Below are positions 48,630-58,085 of a DNA stretch of 64,000 nt, in pieces. The DNA is from an uncultured Gammaproteobacteria bacterium (GTDB lineage Bacteria; Pseudomonadota; Gammaproteobacteria; JAURND01): assembly GCA_963813895.1 (NCBI GenBank), contig CAWFAS010000004.1:571798-635797 (forward strand). Direction: 5' to 3'. Both the position numbers and the translations under genes were made by a program. The notes under the pieces were generated by a model. That model searched no databases. It was given only the letters and a program-made list of their open reading frames with translations, and had not been told where the DNA came from. Numbering within the stretch: the stretch's first letter is position 1; each line of letters begins with the position of its first letter.

Positions 48630-48961
48630 TTGAGTGCCTCCAAAGATTTAGCAATGCGCGCTAATGTTTTGGTATCAATGTTTTCACGCTCTGATTTGCT
48701 ATACATGGTTAACATATAAATTTGATCTCGCGCTTTAGCCCAATAGTAGATAACCCGAACACCGCCTGATTTCCCCATGCCTTGACGAGCCCAACGGAGC
48801 TTACGAATACCGCCACTAGCTGTAATAATTTTTCCTGCTTCGGGATGCTCCATCAAATAATATTGCATCTCCCGGTACTCTTCATCGTCCAAATATTCCT
48901 TTAACAGCTGGCTAAAATGCGAAGTTTCCACAAATACTAGATATTGTATATTATACGCCAT
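48626..48961 (-). CDS. higB: RelE/HigB-2-like toxin
   Basis: P.AG.I..SGGIRKLRW, GKSGGVRVIYY, YSKSE; lies upstream of the antitoxin. Confidence 0.85.
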   Translation of the reverse strand: MAYNIQYLVFVETSHFSQLLKEYLDDEEYREMQYYLMEHPEAGKIITASGGIRKLRWARQGMGKSGGVRVIYYWAKARDQIYMLTMYSKSERENIDTKTLARIAKSLEALK

Positions 48962-49066
48962 TGACGCACTCTCCGCAAGCCGGCAACCATTTGCCTGCTA
49001 GCAATTTTTAATATATGAAAGAAAATCTTTATTCCAGACTGGTCATTTTGGCCTATAAAGCTAATT

Positions 49067-50302
49067 TTAAGCATATTCCGCAACTTTTTGAGGCATTGAT
49101 TGGCACAAATAGTCTGAAATCATCTGCATAGGTTTACGAAGACGTTCCACATCGATAATAATATAATCCATCGTTATATCGCCTTTTGATTTGTGATTCA
49201 ATAAGCGTTTTAGTGCATAAGCAGATATCTCCAAGCTTTCAGCAATCGTAATAAAAGTCCGGCGTAAATCATGCACGGTAAACTTAATATTTGTTTCCTG
49301 GATTACTTTATCCATTTGTTTGCGTGGTTCTGTCAGAAAACCACCTTGTCCCTCGCCTGGAAATACGTAAGGGCTATTACTCATCTGTTTTCGATTCAGC
49401 AACAATGTATAAAGAAAATCTGAAAGCGGCAATACATGGGGATGGCGATTTTTCGGATCAGGAATAGTTAAGATTTTTTCAATTAAGTCTATTTGATCCC
49501 ACGTTAACTGCGCGGCTTCATTACGACGAAGGCCAGTAAATAAGATAAGCAATAAATAATCCCGTATAATGGAATTCTCTAATCCTAAAATACTAGGAAA
49601 CCAAGCCTCTAACTGATGTCGCTTGATATACGTTTTTCTAGGTTGTGATGGGAACCAGGCATGGGTTAGTGTCAAGATATGAACTGGATTTTCAGAAATT
49701 AATGGCTTTTTTTGAGCATCCCGATACTTTACAATTGAAAAATTAAATAGCGCCCTTAATACTCTCATAGCTAAATTAGCATAATCTTCACCATGTTTTT
49801 CGGCCAAACCCTTATGACGTTTTTCTACTTCTTCTCGGTCGATGGTCAATAAAGATTTAGTTTGCCAATCCCCAAATGCAACATTCATGACGCGAGCGTA
49901 ATCGTATAGGGTTTTCTTCTTCAGGGATTTCCTGGTGGTCTTGTATTCTTCAAATACCTCATTTAAGGAAATGGCTTTAACCCTGGACTCTTCTTTTTCA
50001 GAAATAGGGTCAATCCCAGTAGCAATTTTACCCAGCACCTTTTGTGCTTCTTTCCTGGCCATTTCTACTGTCAGCGCAGGGTAATGTCCCAAGGTGATCC
50101 TTCGCAGCTTGCCCTGGATGCCTTTTTCAACAAAGAAGGCTTTGGTGCCCCCGGAAGTAATTCGCAGCCCGAATCCTTTTAGGGTATCATCGTAGTACCT
50201 TTTCTGGTTGGTTTGACCCTGAGCCTTAAAAGGGGGTATAGGCAGCTTATCTACTGTAGATTTGGTCAGACGCATATTTGCAGCTCCTTTTGTGTCGAAC
50301 AT
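49067..50302 (-). CDS. Tyrosine integrase with Arm DNA-binding domain
   Basis: YYDDTLKGFGLRI..GG.K arm domain; catalytic TGLRRNE, PKN, HDLRR, LNH, DY all present. Confidence 0.92.
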   Translation of the reverse strand: MFDTKGAANMRLTKSTVDKLPIPPFKAQGQTNQKRYYDDTLKGFGLRITSGGTKAFFVEKGIQGKLRRITLGHYPALTVEMARKEAQKVLGKIATGIDPISEKEESRVKAISLNEVFEEYKTTRKSLKKKTLYDYARVMNVAFGDWQTKSLLTIDREEVEKRHKGLAEKHGEDYANLAMRVLRALFNFSIVKYRDAQKKPLISENPVHILTLTHAWFPSQPRKTYIKRHQLEAWFPSILGLENSIIRDYLLLILFTGLRRNEAAQLTWDQIDLIEKILTIPDPKNRHPHVLPLSDFLYTLLLNRKQMSNSPYVFPGEGQGGFLTEPRKQMDKVIQETNIKFTVHDLRRTFITIAESLEISAYALKRLLNHKSKGDITMDYIIIDVERLRKPMQMISDYLCQSMPQKVAEYA

Positions 50303-50431
50303 GTGTCGAAGATTCAGTTACAAAAGTCTACAAGATAGCGCCAAACAAAACAATACTAACGTGCTGATTACATTGGTTTTTTACAAGAGATTACAAGAAG
50401 TTAAAAAGTGCTCCAAGTGGTATTTTTTTAA

Positions 50432-50478
50432 TTCGTAATCAGTAGGTCGGAGGTTCGACTCCTCTTTTCGGCACCATT
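50432..50478 (+). repeat. att site: 3' part of tRNA-Thr(CGT), copy 1
   Basis: TTCGTAATCAGTAGGTCGGAGGTTCGACTCCTCTTTTCGGCACCATT; CGT anticodon loop, T-arm and CCA present, 5' half absent. Confidence 0.88.
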
Positions 50479-51120
50479 AAAAGTTATTAAAATCAATAAG
50501 ATATGGTTACGCATCCAGCCCATATCATCATAAGCTATTTTAATTTGTGTAATTTTGGTGTAACTATAACACCATATTCTTTAAATGGAGCCCTTGGGTC
50601 TGTCTTTCGGGGCTTTTCCGCTTTAGGGGCATTTCGTCGTCCATGAAATACTTGCATTCAATCGATAACTAAAAATTTCAAACACCTTGTCTTTGCGGAG
50701 AGCTTTGTCGTGCCGTTCTCAAGAAAATGCTAACTTAAATACTTACTAACCCCCTACAATTTAGCGGCTTTTAAACAGCATCTATGCCACACACCATTGA
50801 ACTCCATGCCACACTTCGCACTTTCTTTCTTTTTGCCTGTCTATCATCTTAAATCTTGAGCATGGCGCATCCGCCAGAGAGGCCTAGTTAGGGATAACAG
50901 TATACTCATAGTTATTGAACTATGAGGTCTGGCAGGTTTTAAGAAGCTTTGTGCCAACCTTGTTATCTTTTTGCATATGGGAACTTTGAGTATTTAGCAC
51001 TCGGGAACGCAGAATCATATTATTCGCCACAATAATTTTCTATGTTTTCTATATTATTCTCTTGATTTCCATTTTTCCATGTGGTAAAAATGCTTTTCCA
51101 TTTCGCCGCGAGTTTCAAAG

Positions 51121-51531
51121 ATGAATGATTTTAATGCTATTGAGAAAGAGCATAAAAAATTGACAGATAAAATAGAGGCTATCAATCAGCAAATTGCTAC
51201 CCTCACTGCGCAGAGAAATGATCTAAATAATCAAATGATTGGCGTGCAATTGGCGCTCAAACATCTTAAAAAGCCAACTCGCGCTTCTATTCCGCCTAAG
51301 ATATCAGAGCCACGTCCGGATTCAGATATTTCAAAGGTGCTAAATCTCTTGCGAGAATCAGATAAACCATTACATATAGACGAAATTCTAAAGAAATTAG
51401 AATATGAACATGACAAAAGGAAAAAAGTTTCTCTGGTAGGCTCATTAACGTCTTATATAAGAAATGGACGTTTTTTTAAACGGTATGGGCCCAATGTATT
51501 TGGATTACTAAAAGAGAATTTTGATGAGTAG
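51121..51531 (+). CDS. Hypothetical protein, coiled coil plus probable winged HTH
   Basis: N-terminal heptads; VLNLLRESDKPLHIDEILKKL...SL...F.RYGPNVFGL. Confidence 0.6.
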   Translation: MNDFNAIEKEHKKLTDKIEAINQQIATLTAQRNDLNNQMIGVQLALKHLKKPTRASIPPKISEPRPDSDISKVLNLLRESDKPLHIDEILKKLEYEHDKRKKVSLVGSLTSYIRNGRFFKRYGPNVFGLLKENFDE

Positions 51532-51756
51532 AATAACAATTTTAAGGTTGCTGTAAGGCGCGGTAACGCCTTACAGCATATAGCAAAAAAACAATAAAGA
51601 AGCCCTAGAGCGATTCTTATTGTTTCTTGATAAGCTATAGTAGAAACACTACATTTCCAATTATAGCCCGAATTTCCAGGGTTGTACACTATGTACAATT
51701 TCTCTGGAACCCTTCACAAGTTTCCTAATGTCGCTCTAATTATTAAGGAGCGTATT

Positions 51757-51852
51757 ATGACTAGTACAGTCTATGTACGCGCTTATACTCGGCTGCGATA
51801 TTTGCAGATTGAGCATGTGCGCGCTCATTTTAGACGATTCCCTAATCGTTAA
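51757..51852 (+). CDS. 31-aa basic small protein
   Basis: TAAGGAG RBS; MTSTVYVRAYTRLRYLQIEHVRAHFRRFPNR; terminator directly after. Confidence 0.5.
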   Translation: MTSTVYVRAYTRLRYLQIEHVRAHFRRFPNR

Positions 51853-51857
51853 CAAAA

Positions 51858-51893
51858 AAACAGAGCCAAACTTTTATAAGTTTGGCTCTGTTT
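51858..51893. terminator. Terminator hairpin between convergent genes
   Basis: 16-bp stem AAACAGAGCCAAACTT / AAGTTTGGCTCTGTTT, with a T tract on the minus strand. Confidence 0.8.
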
Positions 51894-51923
51894 CAAATTG
51901 AAATAAAATAGAATTAATAGAAA

Positions 51924-53057
51924 TTATAAATGATAGCGTTCTTGTAGTTTATCCATCGCCGACTGAATATGTGCCCCATTCTGATGACTATATCGCTCCA
52001 CCATCTGTAAAGTCTTATGGCCGGAAATTCTCTTTACCGTTGGCAAATCGACTCCAGCTTGTACTAAATGAGTAATAGCCGTGTGCCTCAAGGTATGGCG
52101 AACAATTTGTTTCGGGTCTAATCCAGCAGCTACAATCACTCGTCGGAATGGTTTTTCAATACTGTTGGTATGTCCTTTTTTAGAAGTTTTAGAATCGAAC
52201 AGCCATTCTTGCTCAGGATTGGCATTCTGAATATAGCCAGCTAGTATTTTAGCTAAATGGTTAGTGATAGGCTGCTGGCGACCACCAGCTTTGGCGTGAG
52301 GAATGAGAATGATTAAGCGTTCTAAATCGATATGCTCTAACCTGATAGATAAAATTTCCATTCGGCGCATAGCGGTTTCTAAGCCAATTGCCATAAACAG
52401 ATAAATTTGAGGATTTGGGTCTTGTTTGGCTACTGCTAATACCTTATTGACCTGCTCTGTGGTCAAGTAAGTAATCTTACTTTGATCTTCTTTAAAGCGT
52501 TTTATATTCGCTGGCTTTTTCTCCAGCCATTCCCATTCTAAAGCCTTCGTGAACAAATGAGATAAAGTAGCTAATTCTCGGTTTATTGTGGTTGGCTTAA
52601 CATTTTGTTCTTTACGGAGTTTTTTGTAACACTCAACATCATGGCTGCTAATCTTAGTTAAAATTTTATCATTGAAAAAAGGAACGAGGTGCATACGCAG
52701 CTGATATCTTTTTGAGTGTAAATTCTTTCCACCCTCTTCTTCTTGTTTAATTAAATACTTTTCGGCGGCTTCTTTAAAATTAACACAGATTTTACGACCT
52801 TTAGGCAAATTTAATCTTCCTAACTTGGCATCTTGCCTAATTTTCTCGATAAATTCTTCTGCCTGTGTACGTGTTGTACCATCAGACTCCCGGCCAATAA
52901 CCCGGTGAATTCTTTGCCCATCTACCATAATGTTTACAGAATAAATCCCATCACCATTGGCTAAGCGCTCAAAACTGATGCCATGCTCAGTAAGTTTCTG
53001 ACCGGGAGCTAACTTGCGCAGTTCAGTACGCACTAATTTATTGAACTTTAATGCCAT
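51924..53057 (-). CDS. Tyrosine integrase/recombinase of element 2
   Basis: ETAMRRME, HAKAG, HTLRH, SGH, RY catalytic residues. Confidence 0.92.
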   Translation of the reverse strand: MALKFNKLVRTELRKLAPGQKLTEHGISFERLANGDGIYSVNIMVDGQRIHRVIGRESDGTTRTQAEEFIEKIRQDAKLGRLNLPKGRKICVNFKEAAEKYLIKQEEEGGKNLHSKRYQLRMHLVPFFNDKILTKISSHDVECYKKLRKEQNVKPTTINRELATLSHLFTKALEWEWLEKKPANIKRFKEDQSKITYLTTEQVNKVLAVAKQDPNPQIYLFMAIGLETAMRRMEILSIRLEHIDLERLIILIPHAKAGGRQQPITNHLAKILAGYIQNANPEQEWLFDSKTSKKGHTNSIEKPFRRVIVAAGLDPKQIVRHTLRHTAITHLVQAGVDLPTVKRISGHKTLQMVERYSHQNGAHIQSAMDKLQERYHL

Positions 53058-53084
53058 AAGATTTCCTCACTATTATTAATGGTT

Positions 53085-53768
53085 TTACGATTGTTTGGTT
53101 TTACGCTGCACTTCAACAACTTCTGGATAATATTCAGGTTTTTTGACTTTTTTACCCATGCCGCTTACCGAGTCCCATAATTTACTGGCCGGTTTATTTC
53201 CTGCTGCAATTTCGTTAAGTAAAGACCAATACTGATGCAATCGCTCGCTGATTACTCCTGAATATTCTGTTACCGGAAACCAGCGTTTACCAACTACTTT
53301 GCCTTTCTCATTTTTCACATCAATCTGAAAATGCTGCCAGAAATATTCGCAGGTGCGGATTAATGTCCATAACTTTTCTTCATAATCACTCAATAAATCC
53401 GGCGCACAAAGCGCGAAGGCTACAAAACGATCTGCTTCCTCTGGCTCCCACATCTGCCGAACCGCTTTTTCTACGGTAGTGCGCACCCGCGGTGAATTGG
53501 CAGGTAATATAAATGATCCATGCGCCTGATCGCGAGGAATAATTTTAATTTCGCTATCCTTTGCTGCTTTTTCAATTAAGCCTTCAATAAAGCTGGAAAC
53601 GGTGCGTCGTTCCAGGCGTGCCATTAATTCTACAGTAAACCGTAGTTTTGGATTTAAACGTGCTTGCAGTATTTCGCTACGATTCAGTTTGCCACCAGCA
53701 CCTTTTTTCTTGATTAAGTTTGTTGTAGTTTTTTTATTATTCATTAAATTATCTCTACGTTTATCCAT
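53085..53768 (-). CDS. Hypothetical protein with an RHH-like N-terminus
   Basis: SEILQARLNPKLRFTVELMARLERRTVSSFIE. Confidence 0.55.
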   Translation of the reverse strand: MDKRRDNLMNNKKTTTNLIKKKGAGGKLNRSEILQARLNPKLRFTVELMARLERRTVSSFIEGLIEKAAKDSEIKIIPRDQAHGSFILPANSPRVRTTVEKAVRQMWEPEEADRFVAFALCAPDLLSDYEEKLWTLIRTCEYFWQHFQIDVKNEKGKVVGKRWFPVTEYSGVISERLHQYWSLLNEIAAGNKPASKLWDSVSGMGKKVKKPEYYPEVVEVQRKTKQS

Positions 53769-53901
53769 GTTTATATCAGCTATCAGAACAATTGTTCTGA
53801 CTTATTCTAAATTGCGTTGTAGTATTTTACAATACGGTATTCATCAATTATCCTGATGCAGATCACAGCTTAATTATTTATCTATTGAAGGAGATATTTT
53901 T

Positions 53902-54174
53902 ATGATGAGTACTAACACGGAAACTTTCAAGATCGAAATGTACCCGGATGGTCGGCTGGATGTTAAAAATGCCGCCCTCTATACCGGCTATTCTGTAAAA
54001 ACCTTAGCGATGAAACGTTGCAGGGGCGATGGCCCACGATTTATCAAAATGGGATACATCTATTATTTTCGTGCTGACCTGGATGCCTGGATAGATGCTC
54101 AGGGTAAACAGACCAGCACTGCTCAGCAGTTACACAAGCGTCAACTGAATATCGTCACTGTGGGAGAAAAATAA
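53902..54174 (+). CDS. AlpA/excisionase-like HTH
   Basis: KNAALYTGYSVKTLAMKR..GDGPRFIK.G...YFRADLDAWI. Confidence 0.8.
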   Translation: MMSTNTETFKIEMYPDGRLDVKNAALYTGYSVKTLAMKRCRGDGPRFIKMGYIYYFRADLDAWIDAQGKQTSTAQQLHKRQLNIVTVGEK

Positions 54175-54506
54175 TGGCAGCGCAGAAAGTATTTTTATCT
54201 CCACTTCACAATCCCGCACTCAAATGGGGTGATCCTGTTTTCCTGGCAGTCGATTGGCCAAGCTGGCATTGCATCCATCGATTAAAAGGCCGCTGCCGAT
54301 ATTACTCAGAAGTATCTGCAGATTTCAGCTTTTGTTTCCAACGTGAAGTATGGGTGTTGTATGCCAAGCGTGCTTATTTTTCTCGTGCGCTTCATCTGGG
54401 ATATGCGGTACAAGCACATAATGCTGAAAAAATTCTGCTGATCTTACTGACTGATTCTCTGATACAAGGAAATAGATATGCTGGACATGCCTGCAACACT
54501 CATTGA
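54174..54506 (+). CDS. Hypothetical protein
   Basis: Translationally coupled to both flanking genes. Confidence 0.5.
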   Translation: MAAQKVFLSPLHNPALKWGDPVFLAVDWPSWHCIHRLKGRCRYYSEVSADFSFCFQREVWVLYAKRAYFSRALHLGYAVQAHNAEKILLILLTDSLIQGNRYAGHACNTH

Positions 54507-55998
54507 ATTGCCCCCATTGACTGATCCAGCGGCCTGGGAATCACCGTTGTTATTTTCAGAGTTGGAAACGCCCGAGATCGCTGCCGATTATCTGCCTGCC
54601 GCGTTGAAGGATTTCGCTAAGGCACTGGCCTGCGCTACTGAAACGCCCGAGGCACTGAGTGTAATGACCGTGCTCGGAGTTATCTCTACTGTAGTAGCCA
54701 AGCAGATATTCATTAGCCCAAAACCCGGCTGGCGTGAACCAATCAATATTTATACATTGATCGCTCTGCCTCCCGCTAATCATAAATCCGTGGTTTTAAA
54801 TCATTGCCTGCGACCCTTGATTGCCTGGGAACAGCAACAGATTGCCGAACAAGAACCCTCTACCAAGAAAAAAATTTCCGAACGCAAGACTCAGGAAAAA
54901 ATTATCGACAATCTACGCGTAAAGGCCGCCAAAACCAACGATTTGGTAGAACAAAAGCAACTCATTCAAGAAATCACCACGCTGGAAGCAACATTGCCAA
55001 CCATACCCGCTTTACCTATGTTATTCACCAATGATGCCACCCCAGAATCATTGGCGAATTTAATCCATGAGCAACAAGGCAAGCTGGCAATTATTTCTGA
55101 TGAGGGTGGAATTGTAGAAACCCTGGCCGGTCTATACAGTAATGGTTCAGCCAATATTGATATTTTGCTCAAAGGTATCGATGGCGGTGAAGTGCGCATC
55201 CGTCGCAAAGATCGTTCTATTCGCTTAAATCCCTATTTAACTGTGTTGTTGGCGGTGCAACCGGCCATTATCCAGAACATGAGCGAGAAGCGTCTCTATA
55301 CTGGCAGCGGTGTTTTAGAACGTTTCTTATACGTCTTACCCAAAAGCCGATTGGGTTATCGCACCCATAACACGCCTGCTGTTGCTGAAGCTGTTCAAAC
55401 GGCTTACCACAGTAAAATTACTAACCTGCTAAACCACTTTGCCAATCCCCACAAAACTTTGACGGTCTATACGCTGACTCTATCAACAAAGGCGTATGAG
55501 CTATGGCGTGAATTTCAGGCAAATATAGAGAAGCAGTTAAGACCGGAAGGCAATTTGGCCAACTGCCCAGGTTGGGGCGGCAAGATTTGTGGTTTTTCAC
55601 TAAGGATTGCAGGCTTATTGCACATTGCTGAATTTGAAACAGATAGTCTTATTATTAATGAAGGTACCATGGGGAATGCGTTAGCCATTGCCGAGTTATT
55701 AACGCAACATGCGATAGCTGCTTTTAATCTGATGGGTGTGGATGCGGCTATTGAAGACGCTAAAGTGATTCTTCAATGGATACAATCTCATACTCATAAC
55801 ACCTTCCGGCAGACGGAATTAGTCTTAGCCATGCGTAACAGAAAGTCGGGTAAACCAGAACGGTTATCTAAAGCACTCCAGGTACTTTATCAACGCAACA
55901 TCATCAGTTCCGCCATAAAAATTACCACCACCAGAAAACCCACCACCATTTATCAAGTGAATCCGCAGTTATTTTCCCATTCTTCAGCAGTGATCTAA
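54478..55998 (+). CDS. DUF3987/YfjI-family replication-associated P-loop protein
   Basis: W.EP.N.YT....PPANHKS, DATPESL, SDEGG, GVLERF, RIAGLLH, C-terminal wHTH. Confidence 0.85.
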   Translation: MLDMPATLIELPPLTDPAAWESPLLFSELETPEIAADYLPAALKDFAKALACATETPEALSVMTVLGVISTVVAKQIFISPKPGWREPINIYTLIALPPANHKSVVLNHCLRPLIAWEQQQIAEQEPSTKKKISERKTQEKIIDNLRVKAAKTNDLVEQKQLIQEITTLEATLPTIPALPMLFTNDATPESLANLIHEQQGKLAIISDEGGIVETLAGLYSNGSANIDILLKGIDGGEVRIRRKDRSIRLNPYLTVLLAVQPAIIQNMSEKRLYTGSGVLERFLYVLPKSRLGYRTHNTPAVAEAVQTAYHSKITNLLNHFANPHKTLTVYTLTLSTKAYELWREFQANIEKQLRPEGNLANCPGWGGKICGFSLRIAGLLHIAEFETDSLIINEGTMGNALAIAELLTQHAIAAFNLMGVDAAIEDAKVILQWIQSHTHNTFRQTELVLAMRNRKSGKPERLSKALQVLYQRNIISSAIKITTTRKPTTIYQVNPQLFSHSSAVI

Positions 55999-56000
55999 TC

Positions 56001-56069
56001 AGAAAAAGTGAAATAAGTGAAATTTGTTCCAGATGCAAGGGAACAAATTTCACTTATTTCACTTTTTCT
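56001..56069. repeat. Perfect 30-bp inverted repeat with a 9-nt spacer
   Basis: AGAAAAAGTGAAATAAGTGAAATTTGTTCC (56001-56030) and its reverse complement (56040-56069). Confidence 0.95.
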
Positions 56070-56259
56070 TGCCAAGAGGATTAAAAAAACTTGTTGCGCC
56101 TGTGGGTATGTGGGCGAGAAGTCAGTGAATGGGGTCAAGCTGTGGGTAACGCGGTAGCGTTATCCATAGTTTGTCCCCATGTTCCGCAGGACACTGACTG
56201 TTCCGAAGGACTCGTCCATATATCCATAGGTGATTTGGGTGTTATAGAGACTTACAAGA

Positions 56260-56628
56260 TTAATCATGGTGGGAAATCATAGCCAGGACGGCGCGCTGTT
56301 TTTCTTCTGGTAATGCTTGAAAAGCTTCTAACAGCGTCCTTTCTTTTTCAGTCAACGCTTGTAATGCCTGACTGCGGGTGATTTTGTTTTTGGCGAGGGT
56401 GGATTCAATTTTATCGGCTGATTTCTGTATTTGCGCTGCTTGCTGTCGGATGAGTGTAAACTCATTGGTAACGTTCGCCGGTTCCAGCAATAAGCTTTTC
56501 TGAAGCCGATCGATGATTTCAGCTGTGATGGAGCCTGCATTGCCTTTTTTAACCAACGTGACTAAAGCTTCCCGAACTTCTTTGGGAAGACGCAATGTCA
56601 TGCGGATGGGGTCGTGTTTAGTAGCCAT
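56260..56628 (-). CDS. Arc-family (RHH) DNA-binding protein
   Basis: DPIRMTLRLPKEVREAL...SITAEIIDRLQKS. Confidence 0.78.
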   Translation of the reverse strand: MATKHDPIRMTLRLPKEVREALVTLVKKGNAGSITAEIIDRLQKSLLLEPANVTNEFTLIRQQAAQIQKSADKIESTLAKNKITRSQALQALTEKERTLLEAFQALPEEKQRAVLAMISHHD

Positions 56629-56764
56629 AAAATATTATGGCATTTCTCAAAACCAAAGTATTGACATCAATAGCGTGTCTTATATATCATTAGTAGACAT
56701 TATTTTTATGTCTCTATCTTGCTATTTAAAGCTCGTCCCTACCAACAATCCCAGGGAGTCACCT

Positions 56765-57037
56765 ATGGTCAACGGCAGCCTCAATCAATTAACCCAGCTA
56801 ATTGCGCAACAAATGGATTCACAGGAATTGCTTGGGGAAAATCTTACCAAAGCCAACCTGCTCACTGAAATAATTCTGGAACGGAAACTGCTAAATTATC
56901 CACCCGTAGTTTTTCTGCCTTATTTTTGGGCTGTACACGATTACTTAAGTATAGCAATGGAGCTACACGAAACGGCCACCTGTGACCTGACCAGACTGAT
57001 GAGCAAAGCCTTAGCGGAGAAGCATTATGAGTGCTAA
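56765..57037 (+). CDS. Hypothetical protein
   Basis: GGGAG RBS before ATG 56765; upstream part of the ORF track overlaps arc. Confidence 0.5.
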   Translation: MVNGSLNQLTQLIAQQMDSQELLGENLTKANLLTEIILERKLLNYPPVVFLPYFWAVHDYLSIAMELHETATCDLTRLMSKALAEKHYEC

Positions 57038-57317
57038 TCAAACTTTGGTGTGTATCCAAAACGCACAACAGCTTCATGCGGACATCATTCACTTAAATGA
57101 AGCACTGGCGAAAAAGGTTCATGATTATCCAGAGCATGAACAGCTTTGTAACATACGCGAGAAGCTCAGTATTATGAAAGTTTACCTGGATGAAGCGGGG
57201 GATGATCTGCAATCGCGCCAGGAGATTAAGACCCGATTTAAGCGTGAAGCTGCGCTATTCCCCTGGGCAGTCATGGGTACATTTCTAGGCGCATTTTTAG
57301 GCACGCACTTCCATTAA
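57027..57317 (+). CDS. Hypothetical protein with a C-terminal hydrophobic segment
   Basis: Overlaps the previous ORF; ends LFPWAVMGTFLGAFLG. Confidence 0.5.
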   Translation: MSANQTLVCIQNAQQLHADIIHLNEALAKKVHDYPEHEQLCNIREKLSIMKVYLDEAGDDLQSRQEIKTRFKREAALFPWAVMGTFLGAFLGTHFH

Positions 57318-58085
57318 AGAGGTGAAACCGTCAGGCACTCTCTGTTGATAAGCGAATGCTTGTCAACAGAGAGTGCCGTTGAGGCAGACATAATCGATTG
57401 AAATGATTTAATTTTTTCTGATATTTCAACAGTGAAATAGCCTGTGAAGTAAAAGTGGAATGCTAAATTCAGAACAAGAATGCTATTGATTTCTATAACG
57501 TGACTGATAACATCAACGAATGGGTCGCTAATCTGTCCGACTGTAACGACAGATTTAGGGTAAGCGTAGCGGCGATGAAATATCCTTATCCACATGAAAA
57601 TGGCTCGCTGCCGTACCTGCAATTCATCGTTGCGGGGATTCTACTTGCACTTATGATGATGATCCAATGGCTCATCATTTCTACTGGATCAACGGATGAA
57701 CTCCGTTCTTGCGGTCAGCGTTGCTGGCTTGCAAGTCTACTGGATATTCCCCGCCACTGTGTAGATTTACACGGATTGGCAGGGCTAATGAAGGTGTTTT
57801 CCACATCTGCATTTCATTTTTTAATTCGTGCGCGTTAAACCTCGGGTTTACTGTTCTTTGTCGGGCGCTTTTCAGTGCTTGCAAGATCAGTCGGCGCATA
57901 ACAGAAAATTCTCTGTGGTGGCAACAGAGGGCTTATTTTCTGGACTCCAATTGCATGTTGTAACTTGACAGGCGGAATACCGCTACCCTTTGAGGGACTG
58001 TGACTATGGCAGAAATGTCGTACCTCAGTGTCAGTTAACACTCACGTACTGCCATAAATAAGCGTCTTTTCAAGGAGAACCGTGT

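Larger units (their letters stand above)
1..50478. mobile_element. Integrated phage/F-type conjugative chimera (ICE-like); left end lies outside the window
   Basis: Tyrosine integrase next to a tRNA-3' att repeat; co-oriented minus-strand backbone of phage early genes and 14 tra/trb genes; interspersed cargo. Confidence 0.8.

Noticed and set aside
41553-49077. CATATT shared by the xis-like end (41553) and the int end (49072) as an insertion scar
   Set aside because: A 6-bp AT-rich match inside both coding ends; too weak without an empty-site allele.
50432-50478. Functional tRNA gene
   Set aside because: Only the anticodon loop to CCA is present; upstream bases cannot form the acceptor 5' strand or D-arm. 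The same holds at 61604.
50480-51100. Coding potential or ncRNA in the 620-bp gap after att copy 1
   Set aside because: The frames I translated gave only short or multiply interrupted ORFs and weak hairpins.
56150-56161. RfaH ops element (CGCGGTAGCGTT)
   Set aside because: Misses both terminal G residues of GGCGGTAGnnTG, is not upstream of a long operon, and is better explained as part of a hairpin.
57314-58041. Minus-strand ORFs 57314-57622, 57681-57899 and 57835-58041 as one broken gene
   Set aside because: No family recognised and competing plus-strand ORFs exist; cannot be supported.
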